The notes under the pieces are model-generated. The model was not told the origin of the DNA, searched no databases, and saw nothing but the letters and a program-made list of their open reading frames with translations. From positions 359,144 through 379,143 of the forward strand of contig JBEWZL010000272.1 of NCBI GenBank assembly GCA_045837725.1: 20,000 nucleotides of DNA, given 5' to 3'. Positions within the stretch are counted from its first letter, which is position 1, and each line of letters opens with the position of its first letter. This DNA comes from Vermamoeba vermiformis. Taxonomy: Eukaryota. Made by a program: the position numbers and the translations under genes. Of the stretch, positions 19,355 to 20,000 are shown piece by piece.

Positions 19355-19994
19355 ATGGACAACAACGACTCGCCCGCAATAAACGACGAACTAAAATTAT
19401 TAAAAGAAGCAGTTAATGCCTGGTTGTCCAAAGAGCTTCGGACTGAAGTTGGTGGAGCGGTTGCAAGACCTTACGAGGAATTATTGGATTACATCTGGGC
19501 TCAACGTGAAGCCAGAAATTTAACGAACTATTCGGTCGGTCAATATTGTGCATCTATTTTAAAAATAATAGAAGGCCACGATGAAGGATTTATCTTTCGC
19601 TTGAATTTCATCCCGACAGCAGTTTCGTTTGCACAGCAGCGATTTGGGAGATCAGCCACGATTGACGATGTTCTTCATCATGAAATTATTGACGACTATG
19701 GTACATTTAAGGACAATACGGTAAGAGTGTTACAATTGTTGCTGCTTGCAACTAAATCTGTTGTTGCAGGGCTGCATCGTGACCAATGGATGGCTGACGT
19801 TCAGAGAAATTTTAACAACTTCACTAATGTCTGAAATTCTGCCGTGGTTCAACAAAAAGCCATCTGATGCACCCAAATATTGTTTGATGGAAAATGGAGT
19901 TGGGCCTGTTGAAGAGCTGCAGCCCTGCAAGACTTACACTTTGTGCAAGAAGTCAGTCCAGCCAATTGAACCCAAAAAACAAAAATTAGAGTAG
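19355..19994 (+). CDS. Hypothetical protein, 2 exons, ~196 aa, with a C-terminal NLS-like PKKQKLE
   Basis: Exon 19355-19720, a 49-nt GTAAGA...TTGCAG intron (19721-19769), then exon 19770-19994. Splicing joins the two overlapping ORFs of the track in frame (591 nt). No family recognised. Confidence 0.7.
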
Positions 19995-20000
19995 TGTAAA

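Noticed and set aside
19746-19834. Programmed frameshift between the two terminal ORFs
   Set aside because: A canonical 49-nt intron joins them in frame.

Overview
This is an AT-rich, intron-rich eukaryotic window with GT-AG spliceosomal introns, CTAAC/CTGAC-like branch points and the standard code. The gene content suggests a free-living protist, possibly an amoebozoan (inference). I hand-spliced seven multi-exon genes with consistent reading frames: (1) a membrane-anchored FAM151/menorin-like phosphodiesterase; (2) a PAS-containing hybrid histidine kinase of bacterial style; (3) a 10-exon protein with a putative PD-(D/E)xK nuclease-like domain fused to an atypical Ser/Thr kinase; (4) a secreted MRH-domain Cys-rich protein; (5) an FBXO11-like F-box/beta-helix/UBR-box protein; (6) a secreted Expp1-like Cys-rich protein; (7) an orphan protein with a C-terminal NLS-like motif. 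There is also a 44-aa ORF with an N-myristoylation motif that is absent from the ORF track, and two probable decayed genes. The most unusual locus is the nuclease-like/kinase gene. It has Crinkler-like architecture, two KEN boxes, a promoter with an E2F-4nt-CHR element plus Myb and CCAAT sites, and uniformly tiny introns. All family calls come from recognising motifs by eye, with no database search.
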